Shown here in pieces: positions 50,769 through 60,263 of a stretch of 64,000 nucleotides of DNA (position 1 is its first letter; each line of letters begins with the position of its first letter). Below the pieces are notes generated by a model. That model saw only the letters and a program-made list of their open reading frames with translations, was not told where the DNA came from and did not search any database. The stretch comes from a virus. The position numbers and the translations under genes were made by a program. The DNA lies in IMG/VR virus record IMGVR_UViG_3300025131_000024, positions 7,165 through 71,164 of that record; one strand, 5' to 3'.

Positions 50769-50953
50769 TTTATCTCCTTCTGAGCTATTACTGTACTAAG
50801 CCGCTGCTTTTTCCGGGGGTTTCCGATAGGATTTACGGTAATTAGGACATCACCAAGTAAATCAGTGTAACCCACACGCCGCTGGCAATCATGCCATTAG
50901 TCACCATCATGTACTTTTCAAATGTACTCTTTCGCATAATACTCCGTTCTCCC

Positions 50954-51175
50954 TTAAAAGGGTAAACTGTTCTTCCGCTTGATGTATTCCCACACAGGAT
51001 ACCCTATGCGGTGATGAATTGCAAGAGCCGACCGCTCCTTGACCTCTTCAACTACCTCAGGAACCTTCTTGGCTATGCCCCTACGATGCCTGACCGCATA
51101 CGCAGTTCCCACCACAGCCACAACCATACCCAGAATCCCAAGATTCTTCATTGTCCTCTGTTTGTCCATCGTCAT
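50954..51175 (-). CDS. small membrane-anchored protein
   Basis: AGGAG RBS; N-terminal hydrophobic helix. Confidence 0.55.
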   Translation of the reverse strand: MTMDKQRTMKNLGILGMVVAVVGTAYAVRHRRGIAKKVPEVVEEVKERSALAIHHRIGYPVWEYIKRKNSLPF

Positions 51176-51349
51176 CTCCTAATGTAGCTAATGCAGCCGC
51201 CGCCGAAATTCGTCCCTCAAGGATATCCAGTATGACCTCAAAGTACTCACACATAGTGTCAAGCTTCTCGTCAAGGTCTAAGAACGGATTCTCCATAGTC
51301 TCCCGACCTTTCTGAGCCGAAATCTCTATAAGCCGCATTTCGTTTTTCA
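51081..51349 (-). CDS. hypothetical protein
   Basis: GGAGG RBS before MKNEMR (start approximate); downstream of promoter TTGACA-N18-TATAAT near 51390-51418. Confidence 0.5.
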
Positions 51350-51630
51350 TTGCTGCCTCCAAGTCACTTAAGTTCCGGTCCTACTTTTATTATACCACAG
51401 AATACCGTATCCTGTCAAATCGCCGTTTTACGCCGCTTTCTCCCCTGCATCCCTACTTATTATAATAACCCATATTTCAGCTTCCTCCGTCCGCCGTAGG
51501 AACGGGGGAGTCCCCCACGGGTACCCTAATTTGTTCAAATTTTGACTTGTAACTTCCCTTATATTATACGGGGGGAACTGGGGGGAAGCTGGACCAGAAC
51601 CAGAGCCGAGCCAGAGCCGAACCCTGGCAG

Positions 51631-51890
51631 TAGAACATATGTGCTACTACGCCGGGGGGTGCTACCAGTGGGGGGGATTTCATCCCGTACCGAAACCGTC
51701 ATGCTAGACGGGCGGGGGTATGGGGTACGCTGTGGGAGCCTAGCCTATAGGCGGGGGGTGTCTCTTCACCTTACCGCCTACGGTCTAGACGCTGTGCGTG
51801 CCTTGTAGCGTGCCTGTCGTGGATGCTGTACGTATAGGCTTGCGCCTACCTGAGCCTATGCGCCCCGCCTTGTATAGAACATATGTGCTA
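51631..51890. promoter_or_regulatory. two LexA-box-like repeats TAGAACATATGTGCTA (51631..51646, 51875..51890)
   Basis: identical 18-bp repeat, one mismatch from AGAAC-N4-GTTCT. Confidence 0.45.
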
Positions 51891-51958
51891 CTCCGTAGCC
51901 TACGGGCGTAAACCAAAATACCCCCGCCATGTGGCGGGGGTACTGTGGCGGGGGTACG

Positions 51959-52099
51959 CTAGTGGTTGTGCGTAACCATGACGAAGGTCAAGCAAGTTAA
52001 GACGAACAAGAGAATTATTGTCCTCGGATCAAACAACCACGCCCTACCGTGGGGGAGGCTCTCGTCAAAGTCTAGAGAGGTCTTGATGAAGTTCCACAT
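51959..52099 (-). CDS. 46-aa membrane peptide
   Basis: MWNFIKTSLDF...IILLFVLTCLTFVMV; AGGAG RBS; hairpin terminator at 51915-51942. Confidence 0.5.
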   Translation of the reverse strand: MWNFIKTSLDFDESLPHGRAWLFDPRTIILLFVLTCLTFVMVTHNH

Positions 52100-52167
52100 T
52101 GTCGTATGCTCCTATGTGCTTACGGTAAGCCCTCCCCCACGGTTGAGGGAGGGCTAGGCTGTCCCGC

Positions 52168-52506
52168 CTATGCCTTCTCTACCGTGTAGGCTGTCCCGCC
52201 TACCGTGAGGCTGATCAGCGCATCGGCTGCGATCATCCGATAGGATTTCTTGGCGGCTGTTTCATCGTCCATCCCAAGAGCCTTCATCCGCTTGGCGTTC
52301 TCTACATCGTATACGCTGATGAGGTTGTACGCTTTCGGGTCGTATCCGAGCGTACCGCCAACCTGCCCCCGCTTGACGTTCAATCGGGCGTTCATCGTGC
52401 GAACCTCGCCCGTTGTACGCTTCGTAAACGTAGCGGTGAAGATGGAGCCTTGCGCTCGGGTGTCCTCGATAAGTTGGGCGGCTGTCTGTGCGTTGATGAG
52501 TTTCAT
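52168..52506 (-). CDS. SH3/Sm-like beta-barrel protein (DUF2693/WYL_2-like), paralog of 59139..59480
   Basis: IFTATFTKRTTGEVRTMNARL...VYDV...YRMI; own promoter and RBS. Confidence 0.65.
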   Translation of the reverse strand: MKLINAQTAAQLIEDTRAQGSIFTATFTKRTTGEVRTMNARLNVKRGQVGGTLGYDPKAYNLISVYDVENAKRMKALGMDDETAAKKSYRMIAADALISLTVGGTAYTVEKA

Positions 52507-52662
52507 GTCCTACTCCATTTATGTCTTTGTGGCTTGTTTCGATATATACAATCTAAAGCATGAAATACGGGGTGTCAAGCGTTTTCTAGCCCAATTTCAT
52601 ATCAATATAAAAACCCCCCGCCGATATATTGGCGGGGGGTTCTATTGTGCGGGGGCTAGGGG

Positions 52663-52920
52663 TTAGCGGTCTGCCGCCTCCCATGCCTTACGCTCTGCCG
52701 TAGCCCTTAGCCGCTTTGAGAAGCCCTTGAACTCACCGCCTCGGAAGTACCCGCCGATTTGAGAGTCGCCTACAAGGTAGTGACTGACCCGCTTGGCGGT
52801 TGCAATGTAGCCCTCGTGAAAGATCGTGAAGGCGTAGACGATCAACTCGGGATGCTTTTCACTGTATGCCTTAGCCGCAAAAATAAGTTCGGTCATGTTA
52901 GTGGCTGTGGTGAGAATCAT
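52663..52920 (-). CDS. hypothetical early protein
   Basis: promoter, ACGGAGTAA RBS, terminator. Confidence 0.65.
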   Translation of the reverse strand: MILTTATNMTELIFAAKAYSEKHPELIVYAFTIFHEGYIATAKRVSHYLVGDSQIGGYFRGGEFKGFSKRLRATAERKAWEAADR

Positions 52921-53498
52921 TTTGTTACTCCGTCCCCGTGGGTTGTTTCGATATATATATAAGATACACGCCTACTTTTAAGTTGTCAAGCGTTTTTCAG
53001 ACCAATTTTGAAACCAATTTTTCCACTCCCGGCACAGGCCACCTCCGCCGGGGCTGTTTCGCTGGTCGCCCCCCCGGGTTTTTTAAAAATTTCTTCGAGC
53101 CCTGGGATTCTCCCCCGGGTTTTTACTGGCTCCCCCGGGTTTTTGCTGGAGCTAGTCCCGGCAAGGTCCAGCGGTAAGTGTGAAATATTTCACAAGGTTG
53201 ATCCGGCCGGCCATAGGATCGTGATCCAGCAAGGTCCAGCTAACTGGTTCCAGCTTGCCAGCGGAATATTTTTAAAAACTGCCTGCTGGTTCGCTGGGCC
53301 TGAGGACCTGAAGACTAGCCAGCAGGCAAACTAGCAAGCGGGCTGGCGGGCTCTGGACAATTTTTTAAAAAAGACCCGGGGGGACGGCGGCGGATGGCGG
53401 CAGATGATGACTTGATGATGACGGGATGACGACAGACAAATAAAAACCCCGTACCTGTGAAGGTGCGGGGTAAGGTTAGGGGCTGCAAGGTGTGCGGT

Positions 53499-53774
53499 CT
53501 AGCCTCCGAACTCGTAAGCTATCTCGTCAAGGTTATCCTGCAACCTCTCAGACCTCGCAACGAAGCGGTCATACTCTTCGCCGATGTAACCGAAGGCCAT
53601 CTCTGCGAATTCGGCAGCTTCCGCCTCCTCGACTCTTTTTCTTTCGTCGGCGGCGACCTGAGCGCATGCACCCCATTCGGCACACTCCTCCGGTGCAGCG
53701 TCGTGAGTCCAGTCGCCACGAGTAGCATGGGCCTCGTCGTGCTGAAACTTCATCTCTTCAGTGATGATAATCAT
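53499..53774 (-). CDS. acidic hypothetical early protein
   Basis: promoter, GAGGAG RBS, terminator. Confidence 0.65.
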   Translation of the reverse strand: MIIITEEMKFQHDEAHATRGDWTHDAAPEECAEWGACAQVAADERKRVEEAEAAEFAEMAFGYIGEEYDRFVARSERLQDNLDEIAYEFGG

Positions 53775-53901
53775 TTGTTTACTCCTCTGTGCTTGTTTCG
53801 ATATATACAGTTAAACACAGGCTGGGCTGGATGTCAAGGATCAATTTTTTCAAAAAATAACCCCGGCGGGATGGCCGGGGTTATCAGTGTCTCCAGGTTC
53901 A

Positions 53902-54090
53902 CTAGCTCATCTCTGTCTCTATCACTGCGTTAAGCTGCTTTATCAAAGCCTCGTAATTAGTGACTAGGTTACGACTACGCCATACGACTCCTGCGTCAGG
54001 GGTGTAGTCCACGCTCCTCTGCGCTGTCTCCCGCCATGCGTCTAACCTGTCTCTAACCTTTACGAGTTCTCGGATGCTGTTGGCTTCCAT
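53902..54090 (-). CDS. hypothetical early protein
   Basis: GGAGGAG RBS; coupled to the upstream gene. Confidence 0.6.
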   Translation of the reverse strand: MEANSIRELVKVRDRLDAWRETAQRSVDYTPDAGVVWRSRNLVTNYEALIKQLNAVIETEMS

Positions 54091-54323
54091 TATTTTTCTC
54101 CTCCGTGATGTTTAGCTATACGCTTCCGCATTAAGTACAGGTCATATTCTAGTAGGTTAATAGCTGCGTCAGTGTCGCAACCGTTACCGTGAGCCATCTG
54201 TTGGGGCGTTCCCATGTTGGCAGCTTCTCCGCATTCAACACATCGTCCCGTGGAGGCTGAAATAGAGTTAGCCTCAAAGGAGCCGATTACTAGCAGGAGT
54301 TCATTTACTGTCATGATCCTCAT
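54090..54323 (-). CDS. hypothetical protein with CxxC...HxxxC motif
   Basis: promoter at 54355-54382. Confidence 0.6.
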   Translation of the reverse strand: MRIMTVNELLLVIGSFEANSISASTGRCVECGEAANMGTPQQMAHGNGCDTDAAINLLEYDLYLMRKRIAKHHGGEK

Positions 54324-54385
54324 CCTTTTTTAAAAATTCTTCCCTCTGCCCCAATTGTAAGGGATGGGGCCAACCTTGTCAAGTG

Positions 54386-54658
54386 CTAGTAACACCACTC
54401 TTCTCGTGCGTCGTCCCATTCTTCCCCCGGCAGGTGAGCAACGCTGTTACCTGCGTCTACCCGGTGATCGTAAACCGTAGCCTCTGGGTACTCTGCCGTG
54501 AGTTCTGCCACGGTATCCGCAAACCCTCGGGCAGACTTGCAGTCTTGACCGGCTAACACTGACCACGGCTCGTAGATACTCCACTCGTACATAACAAAGC
54601 CGTTCCCGTGCTTATCGGGTTCAATTGTTCGCTCTAGGATTTCTCTGGCGTGGGCCAT
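54386..54658 (-). CDS. hypothetical early protein
   Basis: ACGGAGTA RBS. Confidence 0.65.
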   Translation of the reverse strand: MAHAREILERTIEPDKHGNGFVMYEWSIYEPWSVLAGQDCKSARGFADTVAELTAEYPEATVYDHRVDAGNSVAHLPGEEWDDAREEWCY

Positions 54659-54676
54659 TTTTCTACTCCGTTTTCT

Positions 54677-54853
54677 TCACCAGTGCCGTGTGCTGTGTCC
54701 GGTGATCTTGTCCAGCTGATCCGCATTACGGCGGAGTTCTCTGGCTTCGGTCATCAGGATCGAGTCGTCGTCGTGGTACTCACGGATAGCTTGTGACCCT
54801 GCACGTACCTCTTTGGCGATTGCGATCAGCTTCGCCTTGCGTTCGTTCTTCAT
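54677..54853 (-). CDS. 58-aa hypothetical protein
   Basis: MKNERKAKLIAIAKEVRAG...; AGGAG RBS; below the ORF-track cutoff. Confidence 0.55.
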   Translation of the reverse strand: MKNERKAKLIAIAKEVRAGSQAIREYHDDDSILMTEARELRRNADQLDKITGHSTRHW

Positions 54854-55056
54854 TCCTACTCCTTTCTTGTTTTTGTTTCTACCTTCATTCTACCAGATTG
54901 GTAGGAGATGTCAAGGGTTTTTCGAATATCTATTGTGAAATAATTCACACTCTCGGGGGCCGGCCTGAGCAGACGGCGGCAAGAAGACCTCCTAAAATTT
55001 TTAAAAAATAAGAACCCCGCCATCTCTGACGGGGTTCTTTATGTGGGGGGAGTGGA

Positions 55057-55191
55057 CTAGTCCGAAAGCTGCTTTTTGATTTCGTTCTTTGCGGCCTTGC
55101 GGCGCAAACGTGAACTGATTTTCTTAGCTTCGTGACGAGTACCCCAGTGGCCTCCCCCGTTTTTTGCTCCGTTGTGGTCGGTCTTAATCAT
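55057..55191 (-). CDS. 44-aa basic peptide
   Basis: MIKTDHNGAKNGGGHWGTRHEAKKISSRLRRKAAK...; own promoter, RBS, terminator. Confidence 0.6.
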   Translation of the reverse strand: MIKTDHNGAKNGGGHWGTRHEAKKISSRLRRKAAKNEIKKQLSD

Positions 55192-55255
55192 TTGATTACT
55201 CCCTTGTTGATTTCTATATAAGTAGTATAGCACCTAATTTAGAAATGTCAAGCGG

Positions 55256-55393
55256 TTAGATGCGCTTCTTTCGTGGCAGCTTCCGCTCTCGGTGTGAGAG
55301 CCTGTCCGCCAGATCGACTGACACCCGATTATCTCGTCGGAAGTTCTGCCGTCGGCGTTTTTTATTGTCTCGCCTGTCCCATTTATCTAGCAT
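55256..55393 (-). CDS. 45-aa Arg/Lys-rich peptide
   Basis: MLDKWDRRDNKKRRRQ...; AGGAG RBS directly after the tRNA. Confidence 0.6.
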   Translation of the reverse strand: MLDKWDRRDNKKRRRQNFRRDNRVSVDLADRLSHRERKLPRKKRI

Positions 55394-55419
55394 TATTTGT
55401 TTACTCCTTTGTTTTTTAT

Positions 55420-55507
55420 TGGTGCCGGTGGTGGGATTCGAACCCACACGTATCAAAGACGACTTCGGTTTTACGGACCGATACCCTTCCTAGTAGGTGT
55501 CACCGGC
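55420..55507 (-). tRNA. atypical class II tRNA, GTA anticodon on a Leu-like body
   Basis: GCCGGTG/CACCGGC-A-CCA; TCGGT-CCGTAAA-ACCGA; long variable arm; GTGGG-TTCGAAT-CCCAC; own promoter at 55516-55543. Confidence 0.75.
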
Positions 55508-55580
55508 ATATAAGTAGTATACCAAATAATTTAAAAATGTCAACCCATTACGTCGCCAGCTTTTAATTATTTCTGCGACC

Positions 55581-55883
55581 TCATTGGTGCAGCACCTGTG
55601 CGACTCGCTCGTAATATTCATCTTCACTATCCGACCAGTCAACCCCTTGCATACGCTCATAACGGTCCGGGTAACGTGGGTTGATAAATTCTCTAGCGCA
55701 ACCTCCCAGGTGTGATGTGTTGGGGTTCAAAGGCCCAATTGTTAGGCCAAAGTTTGGAAAGCCACAACATGTGTGCAATCCGCAGAATGTGTGACTTGTG
55801 TCTTCGCAGTTAGCTCGCTCCAAATCGTCTTGAAGCGGCTCAACACCGAAATGCGTTACAAACATTTCGTAGGTAATGGTCAT
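55581..55883 (-). CDS. hypothetical Cys/His-rich protein
   Basis: GGGAG RBS; DDLERANC motif. Confidence 0.6.
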   Translation of the reverse strand: MTITYEMFVTHFGVEPLQDDLERANCEDTSHTFCGLHTCCGFPNFGLTIGPLNPNTSHLGGCAREFINPRYPDRYERMQGVDWSDSEDEYYERVAQVLHQ

Positions 55884-55905
55884 TAGTCTCTCCCTTTTTT
55901 AAAAA

Positions 55906-56172
55906 TTATGCTGCGCTTCTGATGTCGAAGTCTGCCCCGACCCACTGAGCCTTGTCGTCAAGGCTAACGGTCACAGCCAACCCGCCGAACATGCACTCGA
56001 CCCATGTCTCCCCCGCCTTGATTACTGACCCGTACAGCCACTTCTCGGCTATGGGTGACCACAGGTCTACCACATCACCAACCTGCATGAGACTCATATT
56101 CTCATATTCCATTAGGTCGGCATTCTTTGGGACGCTCTCGGTTTCTGTTTTTAGATAATCATACGTTGCCAT
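55906..56172 (-). CDS. hypothetical SH3-like protein
   Basis: AGGAG RBS before MATYD; MQVGDVVDLW. Confidence 0.6.
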   Translation of the reverse strand: MATYDYLKTETESVPKNADLMEYENMSLMQVGDVVDLWSPIAEKWLYGSVIKAGETWVECMFGGLAVTVSLDDKAQWVGADFDIRSAA

Positions 56173-56364
56173 ATCGTTCTCCTTATATTTATATAATACC
56201 ACGCCGACCTCGGAATGTCAAACCCTTTTGGTTTGTGAATTTTTTCACAATGATCCCGGCTCCGCCTCCTGAGGACTGGTAAAAATTTTCAAATAAAAAT
56301 GCCCCGCTTGGGAGTAACTCAAGCGGGGCATTGGGTGGAGGGTGTTAGTGCCGTAGCTACGAGT

Positions 56365-56715
56365 CTACGACTTCCCCTCCGTAGGCGTGGGGTTGAGGGT
56401 GTCCTCGAACCCGTACAGCGAAACAAGCGTACTGCCTACTTTTTCAAAAATCTGTTTGGCGATGTTCTCCAATTTCTCGGGATTCTTGGTTTCTAAGGCT
56501 TCCTCGAAAGCGTTCAGGTAATCATTCTGAACGCTCATGCGGACAAAAGTCTTGGCGACTAGAACCTTTTCGATTTCGCCCTCTGTGTTAAAGATGCGGC
56601 GAACGATGGGGAACCGTGTTCCTGAGATTTCTATCTCGTCACCCATGGAGAAATTTTTGGCATCGCCGTTAATCTCTCGGACTAGGTTCGGGTACTGCTG
56701 CGGGGTGATAATCAT
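56365..56715 (-). CDS. hypothetical early protein
   Basis: promoter at 56752-56780; AGGAG RBS before MIITPQ. Confidence 0.6.
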   Translation of the reverse strand: MIITPQQYPNLVREINGDAKNFSMGDEIEISGTRFPIVRRIFNTEGEIEKVLVAKTFVRMSVQNDYLNAFEEALETKNPEKLENIAKQIFEKVGSTLVSLYGFEDTLNPTPTEGKS

Positions 56716-56786
56716 TTTCTTTCTCCTATAACTACTTGTTTCGATATAACTATAGTACACTAGTAAAGTTGGTTTGTCAACCCCTT

Positions 56787-56951
56787 TTACGGGGAATTGA
56801 AAGTTTCTGTCCACTCCCAAAAGAGAGCGGTCGCTTCTTTCATAGGGATATCAAACTGTTCTGCCACATAGGGTGGCGCACCGAACATGTTGGTAACTCC
56901 CGAATCCCTGAGAATGACTAGGTAGTCAAAAACTTTTTGTTTATCTGCCAT
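56787..56951 (-). CDS. 54-aa phage hypothetical protein
   Basis: MADKQKVFDYLVILRDSGVTNMFGAPPYV...; below the ORF-track cutoff. Confidence 0.6.
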   Translation of the reverse strand: MADKQKVFDYLVILRDSGVTNMFGAPPYVAEQFDIPMKEATALFWEWTETFNSP

Positions 56952-56953
56952 CG

Positions 56954-57205
56954 TTACTTCCTTACTCTTCGATCTAGTCGTTCGGCCCGGTGTTGGCGGT
57001 TGCGCTCTCGCATTATGTCGCCTGCGCCGTCGTAACTCTCACCGCCTGAGAAGTCCTCTTTGCCTTCCCGCCACACTATGCGCCCGTCCACTTTCACTAC
57101 GCCTTCGCTGGTCATGCTTGCCACGGCTGCGGCTATCTCACCGCTACCGCAAGCGGCAACGTAATTGCCGAAGTGGAAAACTTTGTATCGGGGTGATCCT
57201 GCCAT
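56954..57205 (-). CDS. hypothetical protein
   Basis: GAGGA RBS. Confidence 0.6.
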   Translation of the reverse strand: MAGSPRYKVFHFGNYVAACGSGEIAAAVASMTSEGVVKVDGRIVWREGKEDFSGGESYDGAGDIMRERNRQHRAERLDRRVRK

Positions 57206-57310
57206 TGTCGTGTGATCCTCTCGCCCGGCTATCAGGCCGGGTAGCTGTGCGGCGGTTTTTTAAAAAATCCCCGCCGCCGGGTTGGCGGCGGGGAACTGGG
57301 ATTACTCGGG

Positions 57311-57499
57311 CTACTCTCGCTCGACATCTACGTCGATGACGATGATGAGGTTGCCCTTGGTCGCCGTCACTCGGGCTGACCCGTCGTTCTCAACGGTGTC
57401 GAATACCGGGTGTCCATTGATCTTGAACTCCGCAAGCCCTTGGGCGATGGCGAAGGTCGTGATCCCGATGTTGCTCAGGTCATGAATCGTGTTCTTCAT
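57311..57499 (-). CDS. hypothetical early protein
   Basis: promoter, ACGGAGTAA RBS, terminator. Confidence 0.65.
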   Translation of the reverse strand: MKNTIHDLSNIGITTFAIAQGLAEFKINGHPVFDTVENDGSARVTATKGNLIIVIDVDVERE

Positions 57500-57623
57500 T
57501 TCGTTACTCCGTTCCTGTGTTGATTCGATATAGCTATATTACACTAGTGAAATTGGTTTGTCAACTCCTTTTGGGGAGCAATTTTATCCAATCTTTGTGA
57601 AAAAATTCACAAATTTTTAAAAA

Positions 57624-57710
57624 TGGTGCGCCTAACAGGACTCGAACCTGTACGCTCGTTGCGAGCAGAAGATTTTAAGTCTTCCGTGTATACCATTTCA
57701 CCATAGGCGC
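57624..57710 (-). tRNA. tRNA-Leu(TAA)
   Basis: GCGCCTA/TAGGCGC-A-CCA; GAAGA-CTTAAAA-TCTTC; long variable arm; TTCGAGT T loop. Confidence 0.92.
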
Positions 57711-57885
57711 AAGTGGGCTATCCCGGCCACGCACCTCCCCGTCCTATTCGGGCAATGCGTCCGCACTTCCTGCACCTTCGGCTGGCTGTCGCATGGCTGT
57801 ATTGCCCCCACATTATCATGAACACATGGCGGTGAGGCAAAAACTTTTCGAACACGCTTTACTACTTTCTCCAGTTTTCTAAAAA

Positions 57886-58137
57886 TCACGCCACGGCCTT
57901 GTGGGACTTAGCGTCCCACATGCCTAGACTCACGAGCCGCTTGATAGCCTTCCGAATCACTGCCTTAGTGGGGTATCGCCCCATGTCGATCTTAAAGGAC
58001 TCGGTGCATCCCTTGCAGCAAAGGAACTTCTTGACCTCTAGGCAGTCGTAGCATCCGCACATGTCCTCTAGGCAGAAGGGGCAAGTTGCGATTTTCCCGC
58101 TCTGTCCTAGCATGTACCCGTTGTAGTTGATAATCAT
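57886..58137 (-). CDS. Cys-rich zinc-finger-like protein
   Basis: CPFC...CGCYDC...CCKGC; RBS before MIINY. Confidence 0.6.
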   Translation of the reverse strand: MIINYNGYMLGQSGKIATCPFCLEDMCGCYDCLEVKKFLCCKGCTESFKIDMGRYPTKAVIRKAIKRLVSLGMWDAKSHKAVA

Positions 58138-58355
58138 TCTGTTACTCCGTTCTTGTTTTTGTTCTGCGCTCATTCTAGCAGGTGGTCAATACCATGTCAA
58201 TAGTTTTTCAGGCCAATTTGTTTGTGAAGTTTTTCACAATGTTATAACTCTGGTCCCGGCAGCCAGGATCGCTTGCTGGAGAAGACATCTTAAAATTTTT
58301 AAAAAAATATCCGCCCTCGAACTGAAGGCGGATATCATTTAGTGGATCTATAATT

Positions 58356-58616
58356 TTAACACTGTTCGCAGTCTACCCCCTCGCACATTATAGCGTGACG
58401 CTCGGCTTGCTCATACTCCTCACCTATTCGACCATAGCCGTGATACTCGTGTTCGATTCTCAGGTCGTCAATGTCAAAAGTGTCTGCCTCTCCCATCTCC
58501 TGCGCCCACAGCTCGGCTGATACGTTGCAATCGTCGCATAGCCCCTCCGAATTAAGAATCTCGTCGCAGTTGATGCAGAACGCCGTAGCGTTCCCGTCTA
58601 CTCTAAAAATGGTCAT
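58356..58616 (-). CDS. acidic Cys-rich hypothetical protein
   Basis: CINC...CDDC...CEGVDCEQC; GGAGG RBS. Confidence 0.6.
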   Translation of the reverse strand: MTIFRVDGNATAFCINCDEILNSEGLCDDCNVSAELWAQEMGEADTFDIDDLRIEHEYHGYGRIGEEYEQAERHAIMCEGVDCEQC

Positions 58617-58675
58617 TGGTTCATCCTCCTGTGCGTCCAGTGTTAGTTGTTGCTCCGTGAGGGCGGTGGTTGGTA

Positions 58676-58891
58676 CTAGCCGATGTAGAGGGTGTTCTCC
58701 TCGGCATCAAAGAAGGGCTGGGACTCCTCGAACCGGACGTTGCCGTCCATGTTCTTGATTTGCTTCCAAAGGGAAGCCTTGCTGACCTTGATGTTGAGAG
58801 CGTATCCACCCATCGGCGGGTTGACCCGGATTTGGGTGGCGGTCTGGATGATCTTGCGAAGTTCGGCGACGGTTTCGATGTACTGGTCCAT
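58676..58891 (-). CDS. hypothetical early protein
   Basis: promoter, AGGAG RBS. Confidence 0.65.
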   Translation of the reverse strand: MDQYIETVAELRKIIQTATQIRVNPPMGGYALNIKVSKASLWKQIKNMDGNVRFEESQPFFDAEENTLYIG

Positions 58892-59138
58892 TTTGTTCTC
58901 CTGTTGCTCCTCTTATTGTCTAATCACTTAAGTTATTATAGTTGCTGATTCTGAAGAAGTCAATAGATTCTCGGAGCAATTTGTTTGTGAATTTTTTCAC
59001 AATCCTGGGCCGGCAGCGAATTCGAGAAGACCAGAAAAAATTTTAAAAAAGTACCCCGGTTACGTTCCTTTCCGTAACCGGGGTACTGGGATTTGGCTGG
59101 CGTGACATTACATCGTCATCGTCATTCCCGTTGGGGTC

Positions 59139-59480
59139 TTACAGCTTCTCGACTGTGTACGCCTCTCCTCCGACCTTGAGGCTCAGGATGTCGTCAAGGT
59201 TGATCATCCTGTAGGACTTCTTCGCTGCCTCTACTTCATCCAACCCCTGCGCTTTCATTTCCTGCGCCTTCTGAACGTCGTAGCAAGCCATCAGGTTCTT
59301 GCTCTTGGGGTCGTATGCCATGCCTACGCCCGTGACACCCTTGCTCACTCCGAGCCTTGCGTTCATGGTGCGCTCTTCTCCCGTGGTGCGCTTGATGAAG
59401 GTCACCGAGAAGATGGAACCCTGCGCCCGTGTGGACTCTAGGAGCGTGGTGGCTGCTGCTGCTGTGATGATGTTGTCCAT
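59139..59480 (-). CDS. SH3/Sm-like beta-barrel protein (DUF2693/WYL_2-like), paralog of 52168..52506
   Basis: TRAQGSIFSVTFIKRTTGEERTMNARL...YDPK...AAKKSYRMI. Confidence 0.65.
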   Translation of the reverse strand: MDNIITAAAATTLLESTRAQGSIFSVTFIKRTTGEERTMNARLGVSKGVTGVGMAYDPKSKNLMACYDVQKAQEMKAQGLDEVEAAKKSYRMINLDDILSLKVGGEAYTVEKL

Positions 59481-59729
59481 GTCGTACTCCGTTCTTGTTT
59501 GTTTCTATATACGTAGTATGCCTGAAGATTTTTGGGATGTCAATAGTTTTTCAGGCCAATTTTAAATATCTATTGTGAAGTTTTTCACAGAGTTAGCCCC
59601 GGCCGGACCAGATAGCCAGCACCTGGAACTGGACGGAAGCCAGCTTAAAATTTTACAAAAAAATACCAGCAAGTATCGTCATTCTACTTGCTGGTATCCA
59701 AAATTTATGTGGCGGGGGGTCAGTCTTGG

Positions 59730-60263
59730 CTACATCTCCCACCCGTACCATGCCGGGTCGTAGCTAAGTTCCGACTGCCTGTCCAATTCTGCCTCTTCCT
59801 CTTGGCAGAGCGGGCAGTATGCTACGAGAAGGATGTGACTCTCATCTGTCACGCCTTCCGTGTTCGGGTTGAATACGTGATCGCCATTGTTTCGGGTGTA
59901 ATGGCTTCGCATATTGTTTACTCCGTTCTGTAATTTTTTAAAATCATGGATCGTGTTCTTCTTTTTAAAATCCTCCATGTCTTTCCATTCGGGGAGCCCT
60001 GACCGTCGGTTAGCTTCGTTTATCTCCACCAACCGAAACTCGTCACTCACCGTGATAAGCTTGCGCCGTATGGCGTGTTTGATGTCGTGCATATCCGTGT
60101 CGTACATCGGACCACCGTATTCCATCGTGGCGACGAGTTCACCCGCTAGGTGCCATATCTCTTCCAAGTCTACTCGGGCAAGCTTTGCCATTCGGGGACT
60201 CATTGTCTCAGCGTCAAACTCTCGTCCTTGCTCTGCCCATCGGATGTTGCTTTGGTCTTGCAT
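59730..60263 (-). CDS. hypothetical early protein (an internal RBS suggests a second start at MRSHY)
   Basis: promoter and ACGGAGTAA RBS; the same RBS recurs internally near 59920. Confidence 0.6.
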   Translation of the reverse strand: MQDQSNIRWAEQGREFDAETMSPRMAKLARVDLEEIWHLAGELVATMEYGGPMYDTDMHDIKHAIRRKLITVSDEFRLVEINEANRRSGLPEWKDMEDFKKKNTIHDFKKLQNGVNNMRSHYTRNNGDHVFNPNTEGVTDESHILLVAYCPLCQEEEAELDRQSELSYDPAWYGWEM

